The translations under genes were made by a program, and so were the position numbers. From Candidatus Borrarchaeum weybense (GTDB lineage Archaea > Asgardarchaeota > Sifarchaeia > Borrarchaeales > Borrarchaeaceae), in the NCBI GenBank assembly GCA_019057385.1, contig JAHQJS010000006.1:224001-288000 (forward strand): DNA of 64,000 bases, given 5' to 3'. The number at the start of each line of letters is the position of its first letter. Position 1 is the first letter of the stretch. Positions 55,412 through 64,000 of the stretch are shown piece by piece. A model generated the notes under the pieces. That model ran no database searches and was not told where the DNA came from. It saw only the letters and a list, made by a program, of their open reading frames with translations.

Positions 55412-56149
55412 ATGATTCTTATGAATAAATTACATTCTAAAGAAAAATCCAAAATAAGAGTAGAAATCTGGGATTTGATGGAAAAACGTGGAATTGCCAG
55501 GTTTCCAAGACCTGTTTTTAATAGGATCCCCAATTTTGTTGGTTCTGAGGATGCTGCACAACGTCTTGTAGAAATAAAGGAATACAAAAATGCGCAAACA
55601 ATATTTTGTAATCCTGATTCCCCTCAAAGACCTGTTAGAGAACACATCTTAAGAGATGGGAAAATTCTGATAATGGCACCACCCCGATTAAAGGAAAAAG
55701 GGTTTTTAGTTTTAAGTAAAAAGACAGTTCGCACCGACAAGATCAGAAGGGCGTCTACAATAAAGGGTGCATTTCAATTTGGGAGTATTGTAAAGCCAAA
55801 TAAAATCGAAAAAATAGATCTAAAGATAGCGGGATCTGTAGCTGTTGATATAAAAGGTGGCCGTGTCGGAAAAGGCGGTGGGTATTCAGATTTAGAGTTT
55901 GGCATTTTGACAGCATATGATTTGATTGACAAAACTACGCGGGTGTTGACTACAGTCCATGAAGTGCAACTAGTTGAAAATATACCTATGACTGAGCATG
56001 ATGTTTCACTAGACATTGTTATAACACCAAATAGCGTTATTTATACAAACACTACCTATCAGAAACCTCAAGGAATATTGTGGGAGTTACTATCAGATTT
56101 AAGAATTAGTTCAATTCCAATGTTAGAAGAATTAAAAAGTCGATTATAA
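55412..56149 (+). CDS. 5-formyltetrahydrofolate cyclo-ligase family protein (MTHFSD-like)
   Basis: RIPNFVG, NPDSPQRPVRE, GSVAV, RVGKGGGYSDLE, TTVH..Q and HD. Confidence 0.88.
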   Translation: MILMNKLHSKEKSKIRVEIWDLMEKRGIARFPRPVFNRIPNFVGSEDAAQRLVEIKEYKNAQTIFCNPDSPQRPVREHILRDGKILIMAPPRLKEKGFLVLSKKTVRTDKIRRASTIKGAFQFGSIVKPNKIEKIDLKIAGSVAVDIKGGRVGKGGGYSDLEFGILTAYDLIDKTTRVLTTVHEVQLVENIPMTEHDVSLDIVITPNSVIYTNTTYQKPQGILWELLSDLRISSIPMLEELKSRL

Positions 56150-56163
56150 CTGAGGTCTTCGTC

Positions 56164-58347
56164 TTGAGTGCAAAATTAGTTCCAGAGCTTCTTAAAATAA
56201 TGAAAACCAAAAAACAAATTCGGAATATTGGAATTATTGCACATATCGATCACGGAAAAACAACACTTGCAGATTCATTTCTGGCGAATTCAGGCTTATT
56301 ATCTCCGTCAATAGTTGGCAAAGCCCGTGCGCTGGATTATCTAGATGAAGAACAATTGAGAGGAATCACGATTAAGAGTGCAACAATATCCTTACTCCAT
56401 TCTAAAGATGAAAAAGAATTTGTTATCAATTTGGTAGACACGCCGGGACATGTAGACTTTTCTGGAAAAGTGAATCGTGCTCTTAGGGCTATTGATGGAG
56501 CAATTGTGGTTGTTGATGCAGTTGAAGAGGTAATGGTACAAACAGAGACCGTGACAAGACAGGCGCTACAGGAACGTGTAAAGCCTGTTTTGTTTATCAA
56601 CAAAGTTGATCGGCTGATTAATGAAATAAAATTAACTCCCGAAGAAATACAGGAGAAATTAAAGCGTATTGTCCAAGAGTTCAACACCTTAATTGAATTA
56701 TATGCGGAAGAAGAGTACAAGGACAACTGGAAGGTAAATGTTGCTAGTGGAACAGTAGTTTTTGGCTCTGCTCTCCATCGTTGGGCTCTTTCAAGTGCTA
56801 TTACTATGAAAAAAGGAGTAAAGTTCGCTCAAATTTTAGAAGGATACAAAGAAAACAAAATAGAGGAGTTAGCTGAAACGATACCTGTTCAAGAGGCAGT
56901 CTTAGATATGGTGATTGATCATTTACCGAATCCAAAGCAAGCACAATCTTATAGAATCCCACGTATATGGCAAGGTGATTTAACTAGCAACGCAGGCATA
57001 TCAATGCTTAACTGTGATGAGAACGGACCTTTAGTGATTTGTGTTCATAAAATTATACAAGATCCTCATGCAGGAAGAATCGCTACGGGAAGAATTTTTT
57101 CCGGTACAGTTCATGTAGGCGATCGTGTACATCCAATTTTGGCAAACGAAAACAATCGAATAACACAAGTAAGTATGTTTATGGGAGCGCAAAGAAAAAT
57201 TGTAGAAGAACTAAGGGCGGGTAACATTGTTGCACTTGCAGGAGTAGGGAATGTAAGAACTGGTGAAACAATTACAAATCAAGATTATATTGATCAGATT
57301 ACACCTTTTGAAGGCATCTCTTATGTTTCTGAACCTGTTATGACCGTAGCAATAGAACCCACACTGACTAGACAACTCCCGGACTTAGCAGAGATCATTG
57401 AAAGACTGGCGATTCAGGATCCTAATTTGGTTAGTACTGTTAATCAAGAAACAGGCGAGGTGCTTCTTTCAGGGATTGGAGAACTTCACCTTGAAATTGC
57501 TGTAAAAGATATCGAAAAAGAAGGCGTTAAGGTGATTACTTCAAAACCTCTCATAGTATATCGCGAAACAATATCCCAAAGCACTCCTGTCTTAGCAAAT
57601 AGTGATGAAAATGGATTCAATAGCATTCAATTGGTCGCAGAGCCCTTAGACGAAAAAAGTATTAGTTTAATAGCAGATAAGGAGATAACAGAAAAAACAG
57701 ATCAAAGAAGAATAATTAAAACCCTTATTGAGAAAGCCAAATGGCCTAAAAATGAGGCACGCTCAATACTCTATTTGGACAATTTTGCAAACATTTTAGT
57801 TAACGAAACCTCAAGAGTTCCTTTTTTTTCGGAAGCTAAGGATATTATCATTGCAAGTTTTAAACAAGCTATGCAAGCAGGCCCCTTAGCACAAGAGCAT
57901 ATACGGGGCGTCAAAGTAACGATTAAAGAGTTAGAACTTAGTTTAACCGCTGAACATCGTAGCCCTTCAAATATTGTCCCAATGATGACATATGCAATTT
58001 TTAATGTAATTTTAAAGGGTAATCCTGTCTTATTGGAGCCGCTTTACAAAATTCAGGTAAGAATTCCATCTGAATTCATCGGAAAGGTTACAAGTGTGCT
58101 GAACAGAAGAAGAGGTAAAATATCTGATAGTTCTCAAAAGGGTCATATTGTAACAATCACTGGCACAATTCCAGTAGCAACAACATTAAACCTAACAACT
58201 GAATTACGTGCTGAAACTTCCGGATATGCGTTTTTTCAAACAGTTTTCTTGAATCAGTGGAGTCCCTTAAGCCCGAAAGTTTCACAGGAAGTTATTCACG
58301 AGATACGTTCACGTAGAGGATTACGAGGTTTGCCCAATATTGATTAA
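56164..58347 (+). CDS. Elongation factor 2 family GTPase, probably the divergent aEF-2 paralog
   Basis: AHIDHGKTT, RGITI, DTPGHVDF, NKVD, GSAL, GELHLEI and LLEP; HRS in place of HRG; no rps7/rps12 neighbours. Confidence 0.88.
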   Translation: MSAKLVPELLKIMKTKKQIRNIGIIAHIDHGKTTLADSFLANSGLLSPSIVGKARALDYLDEEQLRGITIKSATISLLHSKDEKEFVINLVDTPGHVDFSGKVNRALRAIDGAIVVVDAVEEVMVQTETVTRQALQERVKPVLFINKVDRLINEIKLTPEEIQEKLKRIVQEFNTLIELYAEEEYKDNWKVNVASGTVVFGSALHRWALSSAITMKKGVKFAQILEGYKENKIEELAETIPVQEAVLDMVIDHLPNPKQAQSYRIPRIWQGDLTSNAGISMLNCDENGPLVICVHKIIQDPHAGRIATGRIFSGTVHVGDRVHPILANENNRITQVSMFMGAQRKIVEELRAGNIVALAGVGNVRTGETITNQDYIDQITPFEGISYVSEPVMTVAIEPTLTRQLPDLAEIIERLAIQDPNLVSTVNQETGEVLLSGIGELHLEIAVKDIEKEGVKVITSKPLIVYRETISQSTPVLANSDENGFNSIQLVAEPLDEKSISLIADKEITEKTDQRRIIKTLIEKAKWPKNEARSILYLDNFANILVNETSRVPFFSEAKDIIIASFKQAMQAGPLAQEHIRGVKVTIKELELSLTAEHRSPSNIVPMMTYAIFNVILKGNPVLLEPLYKIQVRIPSEFIGKVTSVLNRRRGKISDSSQKGHIVTITGTIPVATTLNLTTELRAETSGYAFFQTVFLNQWSPLSPKVSQEVIHEIRSRRGLRGLPNID

Positions 58348-58399
58348 AAACAACTATTGACTTTTGGATTGAAATAATTCCGTAGGATCTAATTTTACC

Positions 58400-60127
58400 T
58401 CATTTATGAGCGAACCACACTACCAATTCAGATCCAATTTGATCCACACGTCCAAATCCTACTCTTTCAAATTGGATGATATCGCCTATTTTAAGGGTTC
58501 TTGTAGCAGGCTCACTAAATCCATTTCTTACGGATCCGTCTGACATCAACAATCTTGTTTTCACTAAATCTCTAGAGATAGGTAGCCAATGAATTATTTT
58601 CTTTTTCTTTTTCAATACAATTTCAACTTCCCGACTGTGAAAGACTGCTTGAAGACTATCAACTTTTTCGACTACGATGTTAAATAAATCCTTTAACCTG
58701 ACTAGTTCTTGTTCAATAAATCGTTGTGCATCAGTCTTAGCAACATAAAGATTTGCTTTATTTTTCACTACAAATACTTTGAGTTCTCTGTTTCCTCTTT
58801 CTGGAAATTCGGGATGCAGAGGTATCTGAGCTATTTTAGTTAATTGAGGTACTTTTTCAATTACTAGTTCAACAGGATCTTCCACAAAGAAGTACCGATT
58901 CGCAATAGGATCAATTAATTTCCTATTGAAAGAGTCCAATGTCTCCATGCCGATACGAATGTCCGTTTTGCTCAGACCGCTTGCAATAGCTAACTCTTTA
59001 AAAGCTTCTGGCTGGAACCCTCGGCGAAGAAATGCTCGAATCGTTGGCAAACGTATGTCATCCCACCCCGAAATTTTCCCTTCTTTTAGCCACTGTCGGA
59101 TTTGCCGCTTGTGGATCTTTCCCCAAGGATCTGGCAGGTAGACCATACCGAACTGCGTTGATTCTGGTGGTGTCCAACCGAATGATGCATAGATTTCAGC
59201 TTGAATGCTCGCATTATGCTGGTGCTCTTTAGCTCTGAAAACATGGCTTATGTTGGAATAGTGATCTTCAATAGTACACGCATAATTATATAGTGGATAA
59301 ACTCTATACTTAGTGCTAGTCCGTGGGTGTGGTGTATCAATTATTCTCAGAAGGGGTGGGTCGCGCAAAACAGGATTTTTGTGATCCATAAGTGTTTTTA
59401 ATCGAACAACAGCGTCTCCCTCAGCGAAGAAGCCGTCAAGCATTTTCGTCCATCTTTCGAGATTTTCACCTCTACTCAGCGATCTATGAGGACAATTTCG
59501 CCTTTCCATTTTGTACTTTTTAAACTCCTCTTGCGTACACGTATCTACATACGCCTTTCCATCTTTAATTAAGTCTGCTGCTTTTTCGAGATAAAGATCA
59601 AAATGATCAGATTCATATACAATCTCGTCCCATTGAATTTCAACTGCTTTTAAATCCTCTAAGATCCAGTTATAGAATTTTTGATCAACACGCTTGGGGT
59701 CAGTATCTTCAAATCGCAAAACAAACTTACCATCGTACATCTTAGCATAAAGATAACTAAGTGAAAGCGCTCTTAATAGATGGCTAATATGTAATGCACC
59801 ACTTGGTGCTGGAGCAAATCGTGTAGCTATTTGCTCATATTTATCAACATTAGGTAATGGCGGAAGTTTACCTTCCTCTTTTTTTTCTTCTTTAACTTCA
59901 AGGAGTTCTGGAAAGTCTCTCTCTACTTCTCTTATTTGATCGTCTAGTGAAAGATTGTTTATATCTGTAATTACGAACATGAAGACGTCCTCGATCTCCT
60001 TATGTTCTTTTGTCAATTCTGGGTGTTCTGAGAATAGAGTTGACATCGCGGGTCTGAGTTGTGCATGTCCCTCATGTTTTATTGCATTAAGGAGAATATA
60101 TTTTCTAGCTAGTTTCTGATAGTCCAT
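58400..60127 (-). CDS. gltX: Glutamate--tRNA ligase (archaeal type)
   Basis: TRFAPAPSGALHISH, LRFEDTDP, SHVFRAKEH, GWDDIRLPT and QFERVGFGRVD. Confidence 0.93.
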   Translation of the reverse strand: MDYQKLARKYILLNAIKHEGHAQLRPAMSTLFSEHPELTKEHKEIEDVFMFVITDINNLSLDDQIREVERDFPELLEVKEEKKEEGKLPPLPNVDKYEQIATRFAPAPSGALHISHLLRALSLSYLYAKMYDGKFVLRFEDTDPKRVDQKFYNWILEDLKAVEIQWDEIVYESDHFDLYLEKAADLIKDGKAYVDTCTQEEFKKYKMERRNCPHRSLSRGENLERWTKMLDGFFAEGDAVVRLKTLMDHKNPVLRDPPLLRIIDTPHPRTSTKYRVYPLYNYACTIEDHYSNISHVFRAKEHQHNASIQAEIYASFGWTPPESTQFGMVYLPDPWGKIHKRQIRQWLKEGKISGWDDIRLPTIRAFLRRGFQPEAFKELAIASGLSKTDIRIGMETLDSFNRKLIDPIANRYFFVEDPVELVIEKVPQLTKIAQIPLHPEFPERGNRELKVFVVKNKANLYVAKTDAQRFIEQELVRLKDLFNIVVEKVDSLQAVFHSREVEIVLKKKKKIIHWLPISRDLVKTRLLMSDGSVRNGFSEPATRTLKIGDIIQFERVGFGRVDQIGSELVVWFAHK

Positions 60128-60370
60128 TATAATTCCTTCTAAAACTTGTTTATTTTTAGCGTAGTCTAATTGCAGTTTCTTGGGTGGCTACCAGTTGACG
60201 TTTTTGTTAACAAATGTATCGTTTTGTCGACATATATTTTATAGTGGAGACTGATGAGTTGAGTTCACAGCATACTGCTAACAGCAACGCTGCCTTTTTA
60301 TAACCGCTTCCTAGAGTAAATATGCCAGTAACTGAATGGCCTCACACACCATTCCCATCATCCTAGGGGA

Positions 60371-60734
60371 ATGTTCACAACCATGACCTCTCTGACGCAA
60401 GCCTATCCACTGAAACTCCTACAGGATACCATCTTACGCCACCAACTTGACTTGTTACTTGATTTGGCTAGCGATGTGGGGCAAAAGGGGAGAAGGTCAG
60501 CGATCCAAGAGCTCGTCAAATTATAAAAAGCGGTAGGTTCTTTTACTGTGGCGCGTGTAGTTATTTGGCAGACCGCTATTATATTGCCTCTCTTAACATC
60601 TATCGTGTGTATCAAGAACTGCAGAAAAAAACCTATAGTTTAAAACACTCAAGGCCTGTTCCCTATATGGCGCCAGGTAATCCGCTCAACCGTCCTAGCG
60701 GGGACTCCACTTCATTGATCGTGGGTGGATAGAC
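60371..60734 (+). mobile_element. tnpB: Internally deleted TnpB remnant with right end/omegaRNA (left end unresolved)
   Basis: N-terminal MTSLTQAYPLKL (60383) is joined out of frame to RCGAKG...FFYCGACSYLADRYYIASLNI (60472-60732: Zn ribbon plus RuvC-III with D>Y). It ends GGACTCCACTTCATTGATCGTGGGTGGATAGAC. Confidence 0.75.
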
Positions 60735-60843
60735 ATTCTATAAGAGATGTCTATTATGAAAGGAACGGTCGGTCTTATATTCTAATGAATATAAAAGCCA
60801 ACCTTATTAATTTGTACATAATCTAAGTCGTTAACTGTTGTAT

Positions 60844-61158
60844 ATGAGCTACCTCGTGCGAAAGCATTGAGGCTTCCTGCTTCTACGACAGACTCGATCC
60901 CCTGGCGGGTTACGGAGGTCTTATCTCCACAGGCTTAACATCCCTACGCTCCGTAGGTACTACTACGATGTTAATGCAATCAGAGTATGCACCTTGTCTC
61001 AAATGTGCGTATTATCCCTCCAATTGCCTTTGATATCTTCGTAACACCACCTATATAATATTAGGGAGCCCCCTCTATAAGTGATGAAAGTGAACCCATA
61101 CTCACTATCGCAATTCATCACCACGCTGAAGCGGTGGTGCATTCTTGCTTAGCGACTC
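60844..61158 (-). mobile_element. IS605-type MITE-like element keeping both ends and the TnpB omegaRNA
   Basis: Left end CAAGAATGCACCACCGCTTCAGCGTGGTGATGAATTGCG follows TTTAC. 3' part GTACCTACGGAGCGTAGGGA...GCCTGTGGAG...GAAGCAGGAAGCCTC...GAGGTAGCTCA. Only a few TnpB codons remain (IRTFETR, INI). Confidence 0.78.
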
Positions 61159-61204
61159 GTAAAATTCTTAGATATCTAAAGAAGTAAGAGAAACAAAAAG
61201 AGGT

Positions 61205-61852
61205 TTGAAAATGTTTTGGTATTGGGAACTTGTTATTGGTATCTTAACAATAGCCTTAATGACTTTTATAGAGATCAAGAGTCAAAAGATTGACAATGGA
61301 AAAAACATAAAGTGGATCAAAGAGCGTTTCACTTGGATCTTAACATTGTTACTATTCGGATTGGCTATTTGTTTTACTGCAACAATCCTTTTAACAGAAA
61401 CGTATGCAAACAGCGGTAAAAATGTTCCTGTCCCTGTTATTCTACAGTTGCTTCAATTTTCATCATGGGATGCTGTTCATTCATTTCTGACCGATAATTT
61501 TCTTGGCCTTTTTTGTATATTTGTAATCCCAATGTTATTTTTTAGAGAAGTTGGCTTATGGAAAAGTATACAGATTGCTCTTTTAACTACCTCAATAGCA
61601 TATTTTATACCCGTGATTACTGAACACTATTGGTTTTTTATTCATGATTTGATGGGTTTTAGAGAATTTGGGGACTTGTATGAAAATGGTGCTCCTGCTT
61701 GGTTTTCAAATCGGATAATAGCTGGAATTTCGATAATCATAGCATTTTTCATATCACGAGCTCAACTTCCCGAGCAAGAAAGGTTGTTCAATTTCCATTT
61801 TTTTAAAAGAAAATTGGACTATTTGAAGTCAGTCTACAAAAATCTAAAATAA
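61205..61852 (+). CDS. Hypothetical membrane protein
   Basis: About five TM helices, GAGG SD, first gene of the ABC operon. Confidence 0.65.
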   Translation: MKMFWYWELVIGILTIALMTFIEIKSQKIDNGKNIKWIKERFTWILTLLLFGLAICFTATILLTETYANSGKNVPVPVILQLLQFSSWDAVHSFLTDNFLGLFCIFVIPMLFFREVGLWKSIQIALLTTSIAYFIPVITEHYWFFIHDLMGFREFGDLYENGAPAWFSNRIIAGISIIIAFFISRAQLPEQERLFNFHFFKRKLDYLKSVYKNLK

Positions 61853-61878
61853 CATGATTCTTCATATGCATCTAGAGA

Positions 61879-62604
61879 TTGAAAATGATAGAAACGCAGA
61901 ACCTCACTAAAAAGTTTGGAGATCAAACGGCGGTAAAGGAAATAAATTTATCCGTTCCTGAGGCATCAATTTATGGGTTCTTAGGTCAGAATGGAGCTGG
62001 CAAAACCACAACGATACGCATGCTTACAGGACTGATAAGACCCACAAGTGGTTTTGGTGCGATTTCGGGATTTGATATTGTAAAAGAATCTCTGTCAATC
62101 AGACGCATAACTGGAGTATTGCCCGAGGAGTTCAAGTTTTATCCTTCTCTTTCTGTTTTTCGGGCTCTTATGTATATAGGACGGTTGGATGGAATCAAAG
62201 AAAATTTGGAAGATAGTGTTTTGGAGGTAATAAAACTAACAGATTTATCAAAGTACAAACTCTCAAAAGTAGGTACTCTTTCAAGGGGACTAAATAGGCG
62301 ATTTGGTTTGGCACAATCCTTACTAAAAAGTCCTAAAGTCCTAATATTAGACGAGGCGACTTCAGGTCTTGACCCAATCGCCAGAAGAGAGACTCACACA
62401 TTATTAAAAACGTTAAATAAGGAAAAGGGCGTAACGGTCTTTTTTAGCACTCATATTTTGAGTGACGTTATTGAGTTGTGCGATAGATTCGGTGTATTAC
62501 GAGACGGAATTCTTGTAATAGAAGAAAACATGGATAATCTCGCAACAAAAGAAGAAACTAAACTTGAAGAAATGTTGCTAGATTATATGGGCGGATCTAG
62601 CTGA
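61879..62604 (+). CDS. ABC transporter ATP-binding protein
   Basis: GQNGAGKTT, LSRG, ILDEATSGLD and STH. Confidence 0.93.
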   Translation: MKMIETQNLTKKFGDQTAVKEINLSVPEASIYGFLGQNGAGKTTTIRMLTGLIRPTSGFGAISGFDIVKESLSIRRITGVLPEEFKFYPSLSVFRALMYIGRLDGIKENLEDSVLEVIKLTDLSKYKLSKVGTLSRGLNRRFGLAQSLLKSPKVLILDEATSGLDPIARRETHTLLKTLNKEKGVTVFFSTHILSDVIELCDRFGVLRDGILVIEENMDNLATKEETKLEEMLLDYMGGSS

Positions 62605-62607
62605 ATA

Positions 62608-63351
62608 ATGCATGAATTGAAAATAAGGAGTATGAAACGCACTATGACGACATTTACAGTCATACGCACAGAATTTCAATTATACGCACAGAAAATCAGG
62701 TTTTTCCTTATTATTAGCTTCGTTGTGGCAATAACATCACTTGCTGGCATTATAGTAGAAATTGATGATCCCTTAAGACTTTTTATGCCTCAAGCCCTTG
62801 CTTATTATCTAGGTATTTTCATCGGACTGAGTGTGATTTCAGAAGATTATGAAAATAAAACATTGACGGCACTCGTTTTGAGAGCAATTCCTCGTCGCAC
62901 CATAATTATTGGAAAGTCAGTATCATTAGTTTTAATCTATACTATGATAACTATAATTTCTCTTATAGTTGCAGACATCATTTTTTTAGCTCTTAGCGGA
63001 AACCATTACAACGTAGTCCTACTTTTCAGGGCATTTGCTTCGAGTGTTCTTACTGCATTCATCATGATTTCTTTGACAGTTCTTGTTTCAAGTTATTTTC
63101 TCAAAATGGTTCCAACGGCAGTTGCATCCTTTGTGATCTTTCTCCTATTAATCTTGCTCTCTATTGGCGCCACATTTGCGCCAATTGTAGCATATTCTAG
63201 TCCCTTCTTCTATGTTACTGATTTAGGGACACCAATCCCGATGACCCCCCAAGAAATAATCATTTCAATTATTGGAGCATTGATCTATGCTGTAATCTTC
63301 TTAGGACTCGCAATACTATTTTTCGAAAAAAGAGAATTAGAAAATCTTTGA
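62608..63351 (+). CDS. ABC-2 type transporter permease
   Basis: Six TM helices; ISEDYENKTL...R..II.GK and FEKREL. Confidence 0.88.
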   Translation: MHELKIRSMKRTMTTFTVIRTEFQLYAQKIRFFLIISFVVAITSLAGIIVEIDDPLRLFMPQALAYYLGIFIGLSVISEDYENKTLTALVLRAIPRRTIIIGKSVSLVLIYTMITIISLIVADIIFLALSGNHYNVVLLFRAFASSVLTAFIMISLTVLVSSYFLKMVPTAVASFVIFLLLILLSIGATFAPIVAYSSPFFYVTDLGTPIPMTPQEIIISIIGALIYAVIFLGLAILFFEKRELENL

Positions 63352-63455
63352 AATTAATCCTTTCTCCCAAAAAAAACCCTATTTTGGCTCTTCAAACAAA
63401 CTTCGGGCAATTATCTTTAAAATATCTATTTTCTTAATGTTAAGAGGCGATCTTA

Positions 63456-64000
63456 TTGTATGATGTAGCAATCATCGGTGGAGGAATCGCAGGACTCACT
63501 GCAGCAACCCTTCTAAGTAAAAAGGGCTTTAATGTAGTCGTTCTTGAAAAGAGTACTAACTTAGGTGCTCATAATAAACTTCAAATGCAAGGTTTTCCAG
63601 CATTTGAAATTCCTACCCTTCCTATTCGTGTACCTTTGAAATATAAAGTTAAGAAAGCCCTTTTATGGACTCCAAGTCAGTCCGTAATTCCTTTTCACTT
63701 CGAAAAACCAATTTTATATTTACATTATCGAGGAGCAGAGCATTCAGTTGATACATTCCTGTATAAATTAGCTCTTAAGGCAGGTGCTAGCATAATAACA
63801 GCTTCAGAGGTTCGAAAACTAGGCTTTGGCAAAACAATAAATGAAATTACGACTTCTGGTGGTGCGAAGTATAAAGCTCGTTGTATACTCGCTGCAGATG
63901 GGGCTAGTAGTCGCACAAGAAGAATACTTAGAGTCGATGTGCTTGAGCCAAAGGGGATCGGTTATGGGGCGGTGATGGAAAACATCGATATAGAGCCAAT
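63456..64000 (+). CDS. FAD-dependent oxidoreductase (geranylgeranyl reductase-like), 3'-truncated by the window edge
   Basis: TTG start after GAGGCGA; YDVAIIGGGIAGLTAA...VLEK, DTFLYKLA and AADGASS. Absent from the ORF track because no stop falls in the window. Confidence 0.82.
   Translation, partial: MYDVAIIGGGIAGLTAATLLSKKGFNVVVLEKSTNLGAHNKLQMQGFPAFEIPTLPIRVPLKYKVKKALLWTPSQSVIPFHFEKPILYLHYRGAEHSVDTFLYKLALKAGASIITASEVRKLGFGKTINEITTSGGAKYKARCILAADGASSRTRRILRVDVLEPKGIGYGAVMENIDIEP

Noticed and set aside
60180-60370. Left end or tnpA remnant for the + strand TnpB fragment
   Set aside because: No recognisable left-end hairpin, HUH motif or serine-recombinase motif.
1-64000. CRISPR array, rRNA genes, prophage, and the many short antisense ORFs in the track
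   Set aside because: No repeat-spacer array, rRNA-like stretch or viral hallmark gene was seen; the short ORFs are shadows of well-supported genes.

Overview
Archaeal chromosomal window, most likely Asgard-type. This is inferred from eukaryote-like genes (TRAP-beta-like, Get3/TRC40, alpha-SNAP-like, a longin plus two Bet3/V4R genes, an EF-2 paralog) alongside rpl35Ae, rps8e, a histone and a thermosome. The left third is catabolic: a complete propionyl-CoA carboxylase / methylmalonyl-CoA epimerase / B12 mutase cluster, acyl-CoA ligases, a thiolase, and a 2-oxoacid:ferredoxin oxidoreductase operon ending in a Met/Cys gamma-lyase. The best candidate for an undescribed system is 42.0-48.3 kb, a pterin/F420 cofactor operon (2x RimK/MptN-like, MobA, CofE). 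It ends in a soluble MtrA-MtrH corrinoid methyltransferase fusion, 3 nt upstream of a single-chain pseudo-dimeric thymidylate-synthase-like protein. That protein has Asp where ThyA has the dUMP-selecting Asn, which suggests cobamide-dependent C5 methylation of a cytosine nucleotide. Non-coding elements read from the sequence: a tRNA-Glu(CTC) broken by 5-6 BHB introns (tandem and nested), and a double-guide C/D-box sRNA whose predicted 23S targets match yeast Am2256 and Gm2288. Mobile elements: an IsrB (OMEGA) transposon inserted exactly at a host start codon, whose end supplies a replacement Shine-Dalgarno, and two TnpB-derived non-autonomous elements. All assignments come from by-eye motif recognition; no searches were run.
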